Source: Octopus sinensis (Eukaryota). Taken from it: DNA of 64,000 nt. A model generated the notes under the pieces. The model made no database searches. It was not told the DNA's origin and saw only the letters and a list, made by a program, of their open reading frames with translations. Below are positions 11,484 to 23,925 of this stretch, one piece after another. Position 1 is the stretch's first letter. Each line of letters opens with the position of its first letter. Where the stretch lies: positions 4,216,001-4,280,000 of the forward strand of contig NC_043021.1 of assembly GCF_006345805.1 (NCBI RefSeq), given 5' to 3'. The position numbers and the translations under genes are program-made.

Positions 11484-11593
11484 AAAATGAGTGCAGCAAG
11501 CTTTAAACAGTGATCCCTGCAGGGTTTTGTAGCCCAATTGTGCACACAATGGGAAAGAGATCCAGGTGCAAGAAGGGTGATTGGATTGGATAG
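11484..11593 (+). other. Candidate plus-strand exon (110 bp), probably non-coding
   Basis: Long polypyrimidine tract plus 'tttttgcag|' acceptor and 'TAG|gtaagc' donor in unique DNA; stops in all three frames. Confidence 0.45.
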
Positions 11594-12036
11594 GTAAGCA
11601 TTTACCATATCGCCATTAACTCAAATATGTTAAATATATATATATGGGTTCGTTTTGTTCTCTTACTTTATTATCATCTTATAATCATCTCATAATAATG
11701 ACCTTTATGACTCGTATCACTACCTCAGTCAATCTAAATGCATATATTTGTCACTACCTGTCATAAATAGCCTTTTTCTATTTGCAATATACATTTCTGT
11801 TGATTTTTCATATTTTACCCTTACATTTCCACGTGTATTTTATATTTTCTTTTCGTAACATATTTCTACTATATATATATATATATGATGGGCTTCTTTC
11901 AGTTTCCATCTACCAGACTCATTCACAAGAACTTGGTCGGCCTGAGGCTATAGTAGAAGACAGTTGCTCAAGGAGTCATGCAGTGGGACTACCCATACGG
12001 CCACGCTTGGTGTAAACTTTATCATTATTATCATTA

Positions 12037-12270
12037 AAGGTGGCAATCTGGCAGAATCGTTAGCATGGGGGGGAGGGTCAAGATGCTTAGCAGCATTTCA
12101 TCCATCTTTACATTCTGAGTTAAATTCTGCCAAGGTCAACTTTACCTTCCATCCTTTTAGGGTCGATGAAATAAGTACCAGTTGTGTACTCAGGTCGATG
12201 TTATCAGCTAGCCCCCCTCCCCAACCCAAAATTTCAGGCCTTGTGCCTATAGTAGAAAAGATAATTATTA
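12037..12270 (+). mobile_element. Nin/Deu-domain SINE (family B), (ATT)n tail variant
   Basis: Head 'ctggcagaatcgttagca', B box 'gagttaaattc', domain 'ccttccatccttttagggtcgatgaaataagtaccag'. Confidence 0.8.
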
Positions 12271-12512
12271 TCCATTTGTCTCAGGCTCCCGTGGCTTTTA
12301 TGGGTTTTTCCACGAGTAACCTTTCGAAGTGCCCCCCCCCCCATTGGGAATTTCAATTGTTATATTTTCATTGTTATCTCTGGAATTTTTACACAGTTTT
12401 TTTTTGCAAACGGACAAAACCCTTTGTAACTTTCGTCCTGTGTTTTGTCCCTTTATGTTTCAATTAATTTTTTGTCAGCCCTTGTGGCCAATAAACGAAT
12501 TATTAATTATTA
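12271..12512 (+). mobile_element. 5'-truncated 3' UTR of a Tx1/L1-like LINE
   Basis: Aligns with the reverse complement of ~60193-60400 ('atgggttttt..catgag', 'ccttgtgg..aataaa.gaat'); ends in (ATT)n. Confidence 0.6.
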
Positions 12513-12549
12513 TTATTATTATATTATTATTATTATTATTATTATATAG

Positions 12550-12813
12550 ATGCCAGCGCCGCCTTGGCTGGCTTCCGTGCCGGTGGCATGTTAAAAGCAC
12601 CAACCGATTGTGGCCGATGCCAGACCCCCCTGGCACGTAAAAAGCACCCACTACACTCGCGGAGTGGTTGGCGTTAGGAAGGGCATCCAGCTGTGGAAAC
12701 ACTGCCTGATCAGACTGGAGCCTGGTGCAGCCCCTGGCTTCCCAGACCCCGATCGAACCATCCAACCCATGCTAGCATGGAGAACGGACGTTAAACGATG
12801 ATGATGATGATGA
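12550..12813 (+). mobile_element. Meta-domain-like SINE (family C) with (GAT)n tail
   Basis: 'ggttggcgttaggaagggcatccagctgt' domain; internal 'ggcacgtaaaaagcac' repeats. Confidence 0.8.
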
Positions 12814-13733
12814 TTATAGTGGTGTGTGGAACATAAATCAACATGAAAATTTGATCACTTTAAAACAGAAAGCTTGCATCATAGATACCAAGAAAAGTTT
12901 TGGGTGGGTTGGTATCAAAATGATGACAACAGTTTACGTTACATATTGATTAATATTATCAATGTCTTCAATAAAGATTTTTCATAAACAGACATCAACC
13001 ATTCAATTTAAAGTTTGAATTTTAAGATATTTTAGTAACGTCGCTTGCTTTGTTTTGGATGTATTATTGTTTTCTGAAGCTGTGCAGACAAATATTTATT
13101 TTAAAATAATTAAGATATCTAATTTAGAGTAAATTATTTGTACTTTGTGTTTACATTCGTTATTATTTCTTTATTCTCTGTGATTTATAAATTAATAGAA
13201 TTTAATTAAGAAAATGTTTGGAAGACAAATCTCAGTTGAATGTCTTCATATACCCAAAAATATTAATAGACTAGTGTAAATTAATTTTAATTCTCCCATT
13301 AATCAATCATCCATTGAACTTTGTGTCTCTATTGATATTTGAAATAACAGACCCCTTACTTGAAAAACAGGTAAGAGTTGGCAACAGGAAAGGCATCTGG
13401 GTGTAAAACAATTCCTCAACAATGTATTCATCTAACCCACACAGGCATAGAAAAATAGACAGAAAAATGAATAAAAATAGATGGAAACAAAACAGTTTGG
13501 ATGTGGTTTGGTTGTGGGTGCCAGCCAACCCAGTGTCACTATAGTGTATGTACCATCATTATCATCAGATTGGAGGACTTACTTGGACCAATAAGTCATA
13601 TTGATAGCTGAATGTCTCGTTAGAGCATGCCTTGGCTACAGATCGTTGCAGTAGTTTGCTAACTGCACTGGTTGGCTCTGGCCATTGGCAGTTTATCGAC
13701 TGTTCATCCACTCAGCATCAAGTGATATTCACC

Positions 13734-14134
13734 GAGTGGCTGTGTGGTAAGTAGCTTGTTTACCAACCACATGGTTCCGGGTTCAGTCCCACTGCGTGGC
13801 ATCTTGGGCAAGTGTCTTCTGCTATAGCCTCGGGCCGACCAAAGCCTTGTGAGTGGATTTTGTAGACAGAAACTGAAAGAAGCCTGTCGTATATATGTAT
13901 ATATATGTATATATGTGTGTGAGTGTATGTTTGTGTTTGTCCCCCTAGCATTGCTTGACAACCGATGCTGGTGTGTTTATGTCCCCGTCACTTAGCGGTT
14001 CGGCAAAAAGAGACCGATAGAATAAGTACTGGGCTTACAAAGAATAAGTCCCGGGGTCGATTTGCTCGATTAAAGGTGGTGCTCCAGCATGGCCGCAGTC
14101 AAATGTCTGAAACAAGTAAAAGAGTAAAAGAGTA
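13734..14134 (+). mobile_element. SINE family A
   Basis: Near full-length match. Confidence 0.92.
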
Positions 14135-14204
14135 ATGATTCAATGAATTCATCTGCCAAAATAGTTCACATCCACCATGTTGCATCCTAATTATTATATC
14201 AATG

Positions 14205-14428
14205 AAGGAGGTCAGCTGGCAGACTCATTAGCATGCTGGACAAAATGCTTAGCAGTAATTCAGCTGTGATGATCTTCTGAGTTCAAATTCTGCTGAGGTC
14301 AACTTTGCCTTTCATCCTTTCGGGGTCAATAAGTTAAGAACCAGTGAAACTCTGGGATCAATGTAATCAACTAGGCCCCTCCCCCACCAATTTCAGGCCT
14401 TGTGCCTTTAGTAGAAAGGATTATTATT
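14205..14428 (+). mobile_element. Nin/Deu-domain SINE (family B)
   Basis: 'ctttgcctttcatcctttcggggtc' domain; tail 'gtagaaaggattattatt'. Confidence 0.8.
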
Positions 14429-14459
14429 TCAATGTAACCTTAGCTTAGTTGGTTCCTAG

Positions 14460-14880
14460 AAGCATGGTTGTGTGGTAGGAAGTTTGCTTCTCAACCACAT
14501 GGTTTGGGGGTTCAGTCCCATTGCATGGTAACTTGGGCAAGTGTCATCTTCAACAGTCTTGTGAGTGGATTTGGTAAACAGAAACTGAAAGAATCCCACT
14601 GAATATATATATATATGTGTGTTTTTGTGCTTTACTGTCTCCTTGCCTTGACATTGCATGATATTTATGAATGAGTTCCACTACAATTAAAGCAGTGTCC
14701 TCGGTATCCAATCTTCCATGGAAAAAAGGTCTGGGCATGGAGAAATATGACCTTATTTGGAAAAGGCAAAGGTTAGCAACAGGAAGGGCAACCAGCTACA
14801 GAAAATCTGCCTCAACAAATTCCATCCAATCCCTATGAATGCATAAAAAAGTGGATGTTAAAAGGAAGATGATGATTATG
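14460..14880 (+). mobile_element. SINE with family A head and Meta-like 3' part
   Basis: A-type head up to the (TA)(TG) linker, then a different body with 'aacaggaagggcaaccagct' and a (GAT)n tail. Confidence 0.65.
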
Positions 14881-15175
14881 AATAATTAACTATTCTAATG
14901 AAGTGCACTCTAAGCTTTAATACTGAAATAAATACGTGGTGGTCGGTTTAGATAACATGTAATATATTCATAGCATTAATATTATTTTCTTTCAAAACAG
15001 CAGATCCTTAATTAATGAGTGCTGATAGGGAAAACTGATACTGTTTTTGAAATCAGCATCTTCAATATCCCCGAGAATAAGTTGAACTTCTAAAGCACAA
15101 AAATGTGTGTTGGCTAGTGTTGTCTCCTTTTTTTTCTTTTTAATTGTGATATTGCACATATTTATTACTTAATAC

Positions 15176-15945
15176 TGGGATTAGATGGACAGTCATGAAG
15201 CAACTGGTAGGTCACTATGATGCAGATGACATGGAACTGCTATTACATTAACCACTAGGAGAGGCAGTCCAAGGTCATGAAGTTACCTAAGAGGCAATGA
15301 AAACACACCTCTGAGGGAACCAGAACAAAATGGAAGTTTTGAGGCCGAACACCTGTGAGCAGGAACCAATTCAAATTGGCACCGAAGCTCTTCCAGAGAC
15401 CAAAAAGTTTGTGTATCTAGGCAGCATTATCTCAAAGATAGGTGGAAGAGAGGAGGATGTGAGATTCAGATTTGGCAAGGCCTGGTATGCTTTCAACAGT
15501 CTTTGACCAGTCTGGAACCCCAAAGCCATCTCACTCAAAACAAAACTCAACATCTTCAATTGCAGTATCAAGGCCATTCTTCTTTACAGGTCAGAAACTT
15601 GGATGGTCACCAAAGCCATAAATAATAAGCTACAGACCTTCGTCAACAAATGTCCGCAGTACATCCTCAAGATCTGTCGGCTGGATAAAATTTCAAACAG
15701 AAGTCTGTGGGACTGAGCAAACCAAACTCCCATCAAGAAATTCTTAAAACGAAATGGGGCTGGTTCAGTCAGACTTGAAAGAGACCGCCAAGCAGCATAG
15801 CAAGACAAGTTAGACTGATAACCTGAAGGAAAGAGGAAAGTTGGATGGCTTAAGAAGGCCTGGAAAAGATGTGTGGGGGATGAAGAAAACAAAAACAGTC
15901 TCTCTTGGTCTAAAATCAAGGAGGTGGCCCAAGATCACAAATGAA
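15176..15945 (+). pseudogene. Decayed RTE-clade LINE, reverse transcriptase C-terminal half
   Basis: GIRWT..DADDMELL (RT catalytic DD), FVYLGSII, GKAWYAF, ISLKTKLNIFN, LLYRSETW, KLQTFVNKC, DKISNRSLW; contains stops and frameshifts. Confidence 0.9.
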
Positions 15946-16479
15946 GATAATCAATTCAGCCTCCCAAGACAGATTTTGAAAGAAATGAATAGATTATTGA
16001 ACTAGTAACAGTATTTAATTACATTCCTTTACCATATGAATGTAAATACTGGCTCCTTTCCTTCTTCCTGCCCTGGTCGATTCAATCCATATTATCAACC
16101 CTTCAGATTGGTAAAGTTTTTCTCAGCAGGGATCTTGCGCAATGTAAGAAATTAGTTTTATGTCTTTATTTTTATGTTAGAGATTGATTTCAAGGAAGCT
16201 AGTTGTTCCTGGTATTTGTTTCTTTGATGCAGGCATTTGCTGATTCGCTGACATATGGAAAATTCTTCCAAATGAGGATCGAGGAAAAAAGGAAAAGGTT
16301 AAAAGAGATGTGATCGAAAACTTAGGTCAAGAAACTGAACTAGATTTTTAAGATTGAGGAACCAAATTTGTTGTTAGAATCAAATGAAAAGGACTGACTA
16401 AACAGATCTTTTGCATCTGTTCTTCTGTGCTGGAATATGTTGGATGGATACTTATTTTGAGGCAGTATTTTACAACAGT

Positions 16480-16796
16480 GATGACACATGGCTAAGTTGT
16501 TCAGGTATTAGGCTCATGATCGTAAGGTCACGAGTTCAATACCTGGCAGTGCGTTGTGTATTTGAGCAAGACACTTTATTTCATGTTGCCCCTGTCCACC
16601 CAGCTGACAAGAATGAGTTATACTTGTAATTCGAAGGGGCCAACCTTGTCACACTCTTGTCATGCCGAATCTCCCCGAGAACTGCGTTAAGGGTACACGT
16701 GTCTGTGGAGTGCTCAGTCACTTGCACGTTAATTCCACAGGTAGGTTCTTCCACTGATCAGACCAAGTGGAACCCTTACCATAACCAACAGTGCCA
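16480..16796 (+). mobile_element. CORE-type tRNA SINE (OR2-like)
   Basis: B box 'gagttcaatacc', CORE-like 'ttgagcaagacactttatttca', 3' half shared with 50152-50536. Confidence 0.7.
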
Positions 16797-16862
16797 GAAA
16801 TTTGACAACCAGATGCTCTTCCCTACACTAACATTTACCTGTGCTGCAAATACGCTTTTTTT

Positions 16863-16903
<41 letters not shown>

Positions 16904-17319
16904 TTAGTGTATGTGTTTGTCCTCCACCGCTTGATAACGGGTGTTGGTATATTTATGTCCCTATAACTTAGTGGTTTGGCAAGAGTGATCAACAGAATAA
17001 GCACTGGGGTTGATTTATTTGACTAAAATTTTTGAAGGCGCCGTACCAGAATGGCTGCAGTCTAATGACTGAAACAAGTAAAACATAAAAGATATGTTGT
17101 TTCACCAGAAGTGATAAATTACAGGACTCTACACTTAAGAGTCAAGTATTCTTTTTTTGTTAATACATTATAACTGAAAGACTCCCAATTCTAGTACTCT
17201 GAGTCACATGTTTTTGATCACTGGTAATCCAAGCCTGTTTTTTTCCCTTGAAATTTTGAAATATTTTGCTGTCTGAATATATTTTCAAAATATTATTTGA
17301 AAGTTATGGCGAAAACACT

Positions 17320-17330
17320 TTATATATACG

Positions 17331-17409
<79 letters not shown>

Positions 17410-17538
17410 CATATATATATATATAACATATATATATATATACATATTTATTTATATATATACATATATATATATATTATATACATATATATATATACAT
17501 ATTTATTTATATATATACATAATATATATATATATACA

Positions 17539-17579
<41 letters not shown>

Positions 17580-17599
17580 TATTTATATATATATATACA

Positions 17600-17645
<46 letters not shown>

Positions 17646-17761
17646 CATATTTATTTATATATATATATATACATATTTATTATATATATATATATATCTA
17701 TATATATATATATACATATTTATTTATATATATATATATTTATATATATATATAATATATA

Positions 17762-17808
<47 letters not shown>

Positions 17809-17890
17809 ATATATTATATTTATATATATATATATATACTATTTATTTATATATATATATATATTATATATATAATATATACATATTTAT

Positions 17891-17932
<42 letters not shown>
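17320..17932. repeat. ~600 bp (TA)n-rich tract
   Basis: Directly visible. Confidence 0.95.
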
Positions 17933-18053
17933 AAGTGTTATTGTAAGAATTTATACGTATTGATGTGGTTTTACATTAAACTCTATATTCAGTATATTCT
18001 TGAAGTTAAATAGTTTTGAAAAAATATTTTTTTCCCCCTTAAGTAGTAGAAAG

Positions 18054-18116
<63 letters not shown>

Positions 18117-18904
18117 TCAGCCAAATTAGATCAAGAGGCAGACAGAAGCAAAAACATGATACTAAACTTTCCATTTTCCAATTTAAATATACAAACTAGA
18201 AATATGTGACAGAAAATAAGGGAGGAAAGAAATAAAAACCTAAAATAGAATGACAAAAATAATTTTTAAAAATTTTAGATAAATTATAAATCACAAAAAT
18301 CTTATTATCTAATGGTTTCATAGCATATATTGTGTTAACACGAGTTGAAAGAATTTTTTATTTAAAAAAATTTTTTTGTATTATATTACGTAACGGTGAA
18401 AGGCTTCGAATGCAGTGAATATACTACTGCTTAATATTAATTTATTGTGACTAGGTACAGGCTAATATTTATTGGAGAAAGGTATAGTTAATTCAATCAA
18501 GAAAGAATGTGATGTCGGAAGTGACAGCAAGCACACTAAATTTGCAACAACCTCAAAGCTAACGACAGCATTTTGAAAAAAAATTTCACACTGGAAAGAA
18601 ATCCACTAGCAACATGTTATATTGCTTCTACAATCTTGAAAATGCTTTACTTAAGAAAATTTGCCTCCCACCTTTGTTTTTGTTTTTTTTTTTACCTTAA
18701 AACTACATATTGTATTTAACAGCCAATAAAACGGTGATTGATATGCTCTATCTTTAATTTTGTATTAACTTTAACATTTTTATTTATATTATAAATCCAT
18801 TTAAGAGAACTTCTGGGACTGAAAAATTCATCTTAAATCTGCCAAAAGTGTCAGAATAAAAATGAACATAGAATAAAAATTTTAAAAAAGACCCACATTG
18901 CAGT

Positions 18905-19323
18905 GGCGCAGGAGTGGCTGTGTGGTAAGTAGCTTGCTAATCAACCACATGGTTGCGGGTTCAGTCCCACTGCGTGGCATCTTGGGCAAGTGTCTTCTGC
19001 TATAGCCCCAGGCCGACCAATGCCTTGTGAGTGGATTTGGTAGACGGAAACTGAAAGAAGCCCGTCGTATATATGTATATATATATATGTATGTGTGTGT
19101 GTGTTTGTGTGTCTGTGTTTGTCCCCCTAGCATTGCTTGACAACCGATACTGGTGTGTTTACGTCCCCGTCACTTAGCGGTTCGGCAAAAGAGACCGATA
19201 GAATAAGTACTGGTCTTACAAAGAATAAATCCCGGGGTCGATTTGATCGACTAAAGGCGGTGCTCCAGCATGGCCGCAATCAAATGACTGAAACAAGTAA
19301 AAGAGTAAAAGAGAGTAAAGAGT
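18905..19323 (+). mobile_element. Full-length SINE family A with 8-bp TSD
   Basis: TSD attgcagt at 18897-18904 and 19324-19331. Confidence 0.93.
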
Positions 19324-20029
19324 ATTGCAGTATTTCTCCAGTCATTTACGCTTTGAGTTCAAATTCCACTAAGGCCAACTTTTAGCATTCATTCCTTTAG
19401 GATCGATAAAATAAAGCATGAGTCAATAACGTTTCCTTAAAACTACACTTTGTGCATTTAACAGTCAATAAAACAGTGTTTGATATAATGTATCGCTAAT
19501 TTGGAATTTACTCCAACACTTTTATTCTACATTATAAATCCATTTAATAGAGCTTCTGAGACTGAAAAAAAATTCATCTTAGATCTTCAAAGTTGCCGAA
19601 AGTGTCAGAAAAAGATGAATACAAAATAATTTGAAAAAAAAAAGAGCCAAACTGCAGTATATATTGAGTTTCTGAGACTAAATAAAAAAATTCATGATAA
19701 GAACATCTTAAATCTCCAAAATTGCCAAAAATGCTAGAATGGCACCTGAGCACTGTACACAAGTTCATTATATATTATAAATAAGAAAAATATTTTTTTA
19801 AAGACCTGCATAGTAGTAGTTCTCCAGCTGTTTACATTCTGAGTTCAAATTCCACCAAGGCCGACTTTTAGCATTCAATCCTTTAGGGCCAATAAAATAA
19901 AGTACCAAGCAAGTATTTGGGTCAATGGTATTGACTTATACCCCTTCCTTCAAAATTATTGGTTCTACGCCTAAGTTAGTGACCGATATCTAATAAGTTT
20001 ATTAGAGACCATTAATATACGTAAGCTTT

Positions 20030-20600
20030 CATTTTATAAGCCCTGAAAGGATGAAAAGCAAGGTTAGCCTCAGTGGAATTTGAACTCAGAACATAAAGAT
20101 GGACAAAATATCATGAACCATTTTGCCCAGCACGTTAATAATCCTACCAGCTTACACCTTGATGATCTCTGAATACTGGTTTCAAATTTTAGCACAAGGT
20201 CAGCAATTTCGTGGGAGGGGGTAAGTCAATTGCATCAACACCAGTGCTTGGCTGGTACTTATTTTATCGACCCCGAAAGGATGAAAGGCAAAGTCAGCCT
20301 TGGCAGAATTTGAACTCAGATCATAAAGATGGGCAAAATGTCAAGAAGCATTTTGCCCAGCACGTTAATGATTCTACCAGCTTACACCTTGATGATGTCT
20401 GAATACTGGTTTCAAATTTTAGCACAAGGTCAGCAATTTCGTGGGAGGGGGTAAGTCAATTCCATCAACCCCAAAAGGATGAAAGGCAAAGTCAGCCTTG
20501 GCAAAATTTGAACTCAGAACATAAAGATGGGCAAAATGTCAAGAAGCATTTTACCCAGCATGCTAACAATTCTGTCGGCGCGTCACCTTGATGATGTCCA
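20030..20600 (-). mobile_element. Tandem array of about 3 family B SINE units
   Basis: Repeated 'gaaaggatgaaaggcaaagtcagcc...tttgaactcagaacataaagatgg...ttttgcccagcac' units. Confidence 0.8.
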
Positions 20601-21119
20601 AAAATTAATACAAAATTGCGCTAGAGTCGAACATTTTCAAATATAAGTGATAACTGCTGCAAACCAAAGACAGAAGACTTGAGTAAATATAGATGTAGAC
20701 GCCCACTTGACTTCTTCAGTAGAAGAATTCTACAAAGAATTCTTATTAACACAAAGAAACAAGCAAGAAGCTGCTTACACAACAAACACACACAGACATT
20801 CCTTCTCTCTCTCTCTCTCTCTCTCTCTTTTACATGTACACCTGCTCACCACACATGAATACCTGAGGATTTTTGGAATGGAATAATACACATTAATTGG
20901 ATTATCCTTACAAGGAAACGTCATAAAGGCTGTCTTGTCACTTGTCTAATATGAAAGCAATGCAAAGTGATAATTTCGTAAAAATCTTCGAGGAGAGGGG
21001 CTGAGAGTAAAGTAGGGAGAGCTTTGCTTGACTAACAATGGAGGATGAGACTGTCGTGAGACTAATGGGAGAAAGAGGGGAGAAGTATACAGGAAGCAAA
21101 ATTTCCGACATTAAAATAT

Positions 21120-21640
21120 TAATAAGGAAGAGGAAGGTGGGGTGAAGAGGGAGGGAAAATAATTAAAAGAGGAGGGGGAGGAGGGAAAAGAAGAGCAGGA
21201 AGAATAAGAGGAGAAAAACCAAGAAGAGGAGGAAGAAGAAAGAAGAGGAAGGAGGAGAAAGAGGAAGGAGAAGAAGAGAAGACCAAGAAGAGGAGGAAGA
21301 AGAAAGAAGAGGAGGAAGAAGAAAGAAGAGGAGGAAGAAGAGGAAGGAGAAGAGAAGAAAGACCAAGAGGAGGAGGAAGAAGAGGAAGGAGAAGAGAAGA
21401 AAGACCAAGAGGAGGAGGAAGAAGAGGAAGGAGAAAGAGGAAGAAGAGAAGAAGACTAAGAAGAGGAGGAAGAAGAAAGAAGAGGAAGGAAGAGAAAGAA
21501 GAGCAAGAAGAACAAGTGGAGGAGGAAGAGGAGGAGAAAGAGGAAGGAGAAGAAGAGAAGAAAAACCAAGAAGAGGAGGAGGAAGAAGAGGAAGGAGGAG
21601 AGGCAAAGAGCAGGAAGAAGAGGAAGAACAACAACAAGGT
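21120..21640. repeat. (GAA/GAG)n purine-rich tract
   Basis: Directly visible. Confidence 0.9.
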
Positions 21641-22315
21641 GGCGGTGATGTTGGCAACATGATGTTATTAATGATAACGATGATTATGATAGTGAAAATA
21701 ATGATGACACTTCAAGATAACGATGACAGCAAGATATGAAATAGCTTTCAAGTAATTTCTTCTTTTTTTGTTGTTGGTTTTTTTGTTTTTTTTTTTTTGT
21801 GTGGTTTTTTTTGTGTACATATTCACAAAGAAACGAGACAGCTACCTACGTTGCTATTTTATTTACATTTCTTTTTTTTCCCTTCCATAGAATTATACAA
21901 AGAAAATATCTTTTGTCTGTATCCTTGCTCATCTGTGAGTGCATGTGTAAGTTTGTTTGTGTGTGTATGTGTGTGTGTGTGTTCTTGTGTACATACGTGT
22001 GTTTGTACAAGCACCTAGTAATGCGTGTGAGTAAAATGTTTGCTTGTAAATTTATTCTTGCATGTGCATGATAGGACGAGCAAGTTGTGTGTGAAAAGAA
22101 AAACCCATTATAATGAAAAATAAAAAAAAATATCTTGGTACCATGGAGGCCGGCCGGTCTGCCTGTCACTGTATTTATGAATGATAAATTCTTGTACAAA
22201 TACGTCATGTTTCAGGATAATTAGTTGCCAAGCAAATGAGAAAAATGAAGCAAGAAAATTAAATTTTAAAATGCTTGTATATATATATATATATATATAT
22301 GTGTGTATATATATA

Positions 22316-22492
22316 AAGTTAATCCAAACAAGAAAACACAAAAAAACACAACAACGCGAGGACATGGAACAAATATAGTATTATTGGACGCTCAGGAAAG
22401 AAGGAAAGAAGGAGGGTTTAACGTTTCGAGTGGAGCTCTTCGTCGGAAACATAAGAGAAGGAAAGATCCAGAGAAGAGAAGACAGAGGAAAT
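22316..22492 (-). mobile_element. Microsatellite-embedded short element carrying an HHR motif
   Basis: Lies between (TA)n and (CA)n(TA)n; shares 'acgctcaggaa' with 23017-23186. Confidence 0.7.
22416..22450 (-). ncRNA. Minimal type I hammerhead motif (U4C)
   Basis: gttt-CCGACGA-a-gag-ctcca-ctc-GAAA-cg-tt-aaac; stem I 4/4; palindromic aacgtt across stem III. Confidence 0.65.
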
Positions 22493-22525
<33 letters not shown>

Positions 22526-22973
22526 CACACGCACACACAATCACACACGCATGTATAAACATATATAAACACACACATATACATAAGGATTAATCTTTAA
22601 AATCTCAGAAAACTATAAACCAAAGTCCTTATCCTTCACCACCATCTTCAAGAATGGTAGTAATATCACCCTCATATCTCTTTGTCTCTCTCTCTCTCTC
22701 TCCCCTTCTCTGAACCAACTTCACAACATCCCACGTTACACAAAGTAAACTTTATAATAATCAACATTGAGGGCACAATGGTCTCTGATCAAATATTTTA
22801 GCACCAGCACAGATTACAAAAGATGTCAACCATGCTATTTACCTGGTTGCGAAGGTGGGTGGCATGGCGACTCTGATATATATATATATATATATGCATA
22901 TAAGAAGGGATGACCCCTAAGTGGACATCCAATATGCTAGAAATAGATCACCTATGATCTAACCACAAAGGAA

Positions 22974-23016
<43 letters not shown>

Positions 23017-23019
<3 letters not shown>

Positions 23020-23184
23020 AGAGTTGACGAAAAAAACAAAAGACAAAGACAGGTGGTGTAGAAAACAAACAGATGTATTAGTATAACGCTCAGGAATTGA
23101 AAAAGTCTTTTATGTTTTGAGCCTACGCTCTTCTACAGAAAGAAACAAGGAGAGAAAAAAATGTGTAGTGGCTACCGATCTATC

Positions 23185-23186
<2 letters not shown>
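23017..23186 (-). mobile_element. (TA)n-embedded short element, HHR-like motif at 23107-23142
   Basis: Inverted copy of 3454-3643; cttt-CTGTAGA-a-gagc-gtag-gctc-aaaa-ca-ta-aaag. Confidence 0.7.
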
Positions 23187-23225
<39 letters not shown>

Positions 23226-23655
23226 CCAGGAAGCTGAACCTTTCAGGTGAGATGACAGAGATGACAAAAGACCAAGATACCTAGTTCCTGGCCATACTCA
23301 AGAAGACCTTTAACCAACAGCAGAAGTGTTAAGACCAATTCTTTTGGTTGTGTAAAGTACTCATGGTGGTGCCACGTAAAAGTGCCTGTGCAATGTATCC
23401 AGCACACTCTGTAAATTGGTTGGCATTAGGAAGGGCATCCAACTGTAGAAACCACGCCAAATTAGACTGGAGTTTGATGCAGCTCTCCAGCTTGCAAGCT
23501 CTGGTCAAACTGTCCATTCCATGCCAGCATGGACAATTGACATTAAATGATGATAATAATGATGATGATTATATATATATATATATATATAAATCAATAT
23601 ATGGTGGGGTTGTGTTGACCGCATGTGGAGAAATGATAGGCAAGGAAAAATTTTT

Positions 23656-23925
23656 AAAAGGCGGAATGCTAAATTGAAGGTAAATTTTAATGAAATGGGT
23701 GTACGGAAAATTAAAAAAAATTTTTTTAACAAAATATTAATTCTAACCGGTTTTTGTCGCAAAAAACAATTTTCTTTTCGCCTTACAATTCTTGAAAAGT
23801 CGCATTGCAACGAAAACCGGTTATAGTTAATATTTAAAAAAAGAAAATTTATTTAAAAATTTTTTAAAATTTTCCATACACCCATTTTCATTAAAATTTA
23901 CCTTCAATTTAGTATACTGCCTTTT
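23656..23925. mobile_element. Fold-back MITE with long terminal inverted repeats
   Basis: 'aaaaggcggaatgctaaattgaaggtaaattttaatgaaatgggtgta' versus 'tacacccattttcattaaaatttaccttcaatttagtatactgcctttt'. Confidence 0.75.

Noticed and set aside
13583-13712. Minus-strand 43-codon open frame ending at CAA|gtaagt
   Set aside because: No credible acceptor (a SINE lies just upstream) and no recognisable protein; may be an old LINE remnant.
16233-16313. Plus-strand exon candidate AFADSLTYGKFFQMRIEEKRKRLKEM*
   Set aside because: Acceptor is plausible, but there is no clear donor or homology.
20693-20725. Minus-strand CTGAAGA-agtc..gcgtc
   Set aside because: The GAAA segment is missing; cannot be supported.
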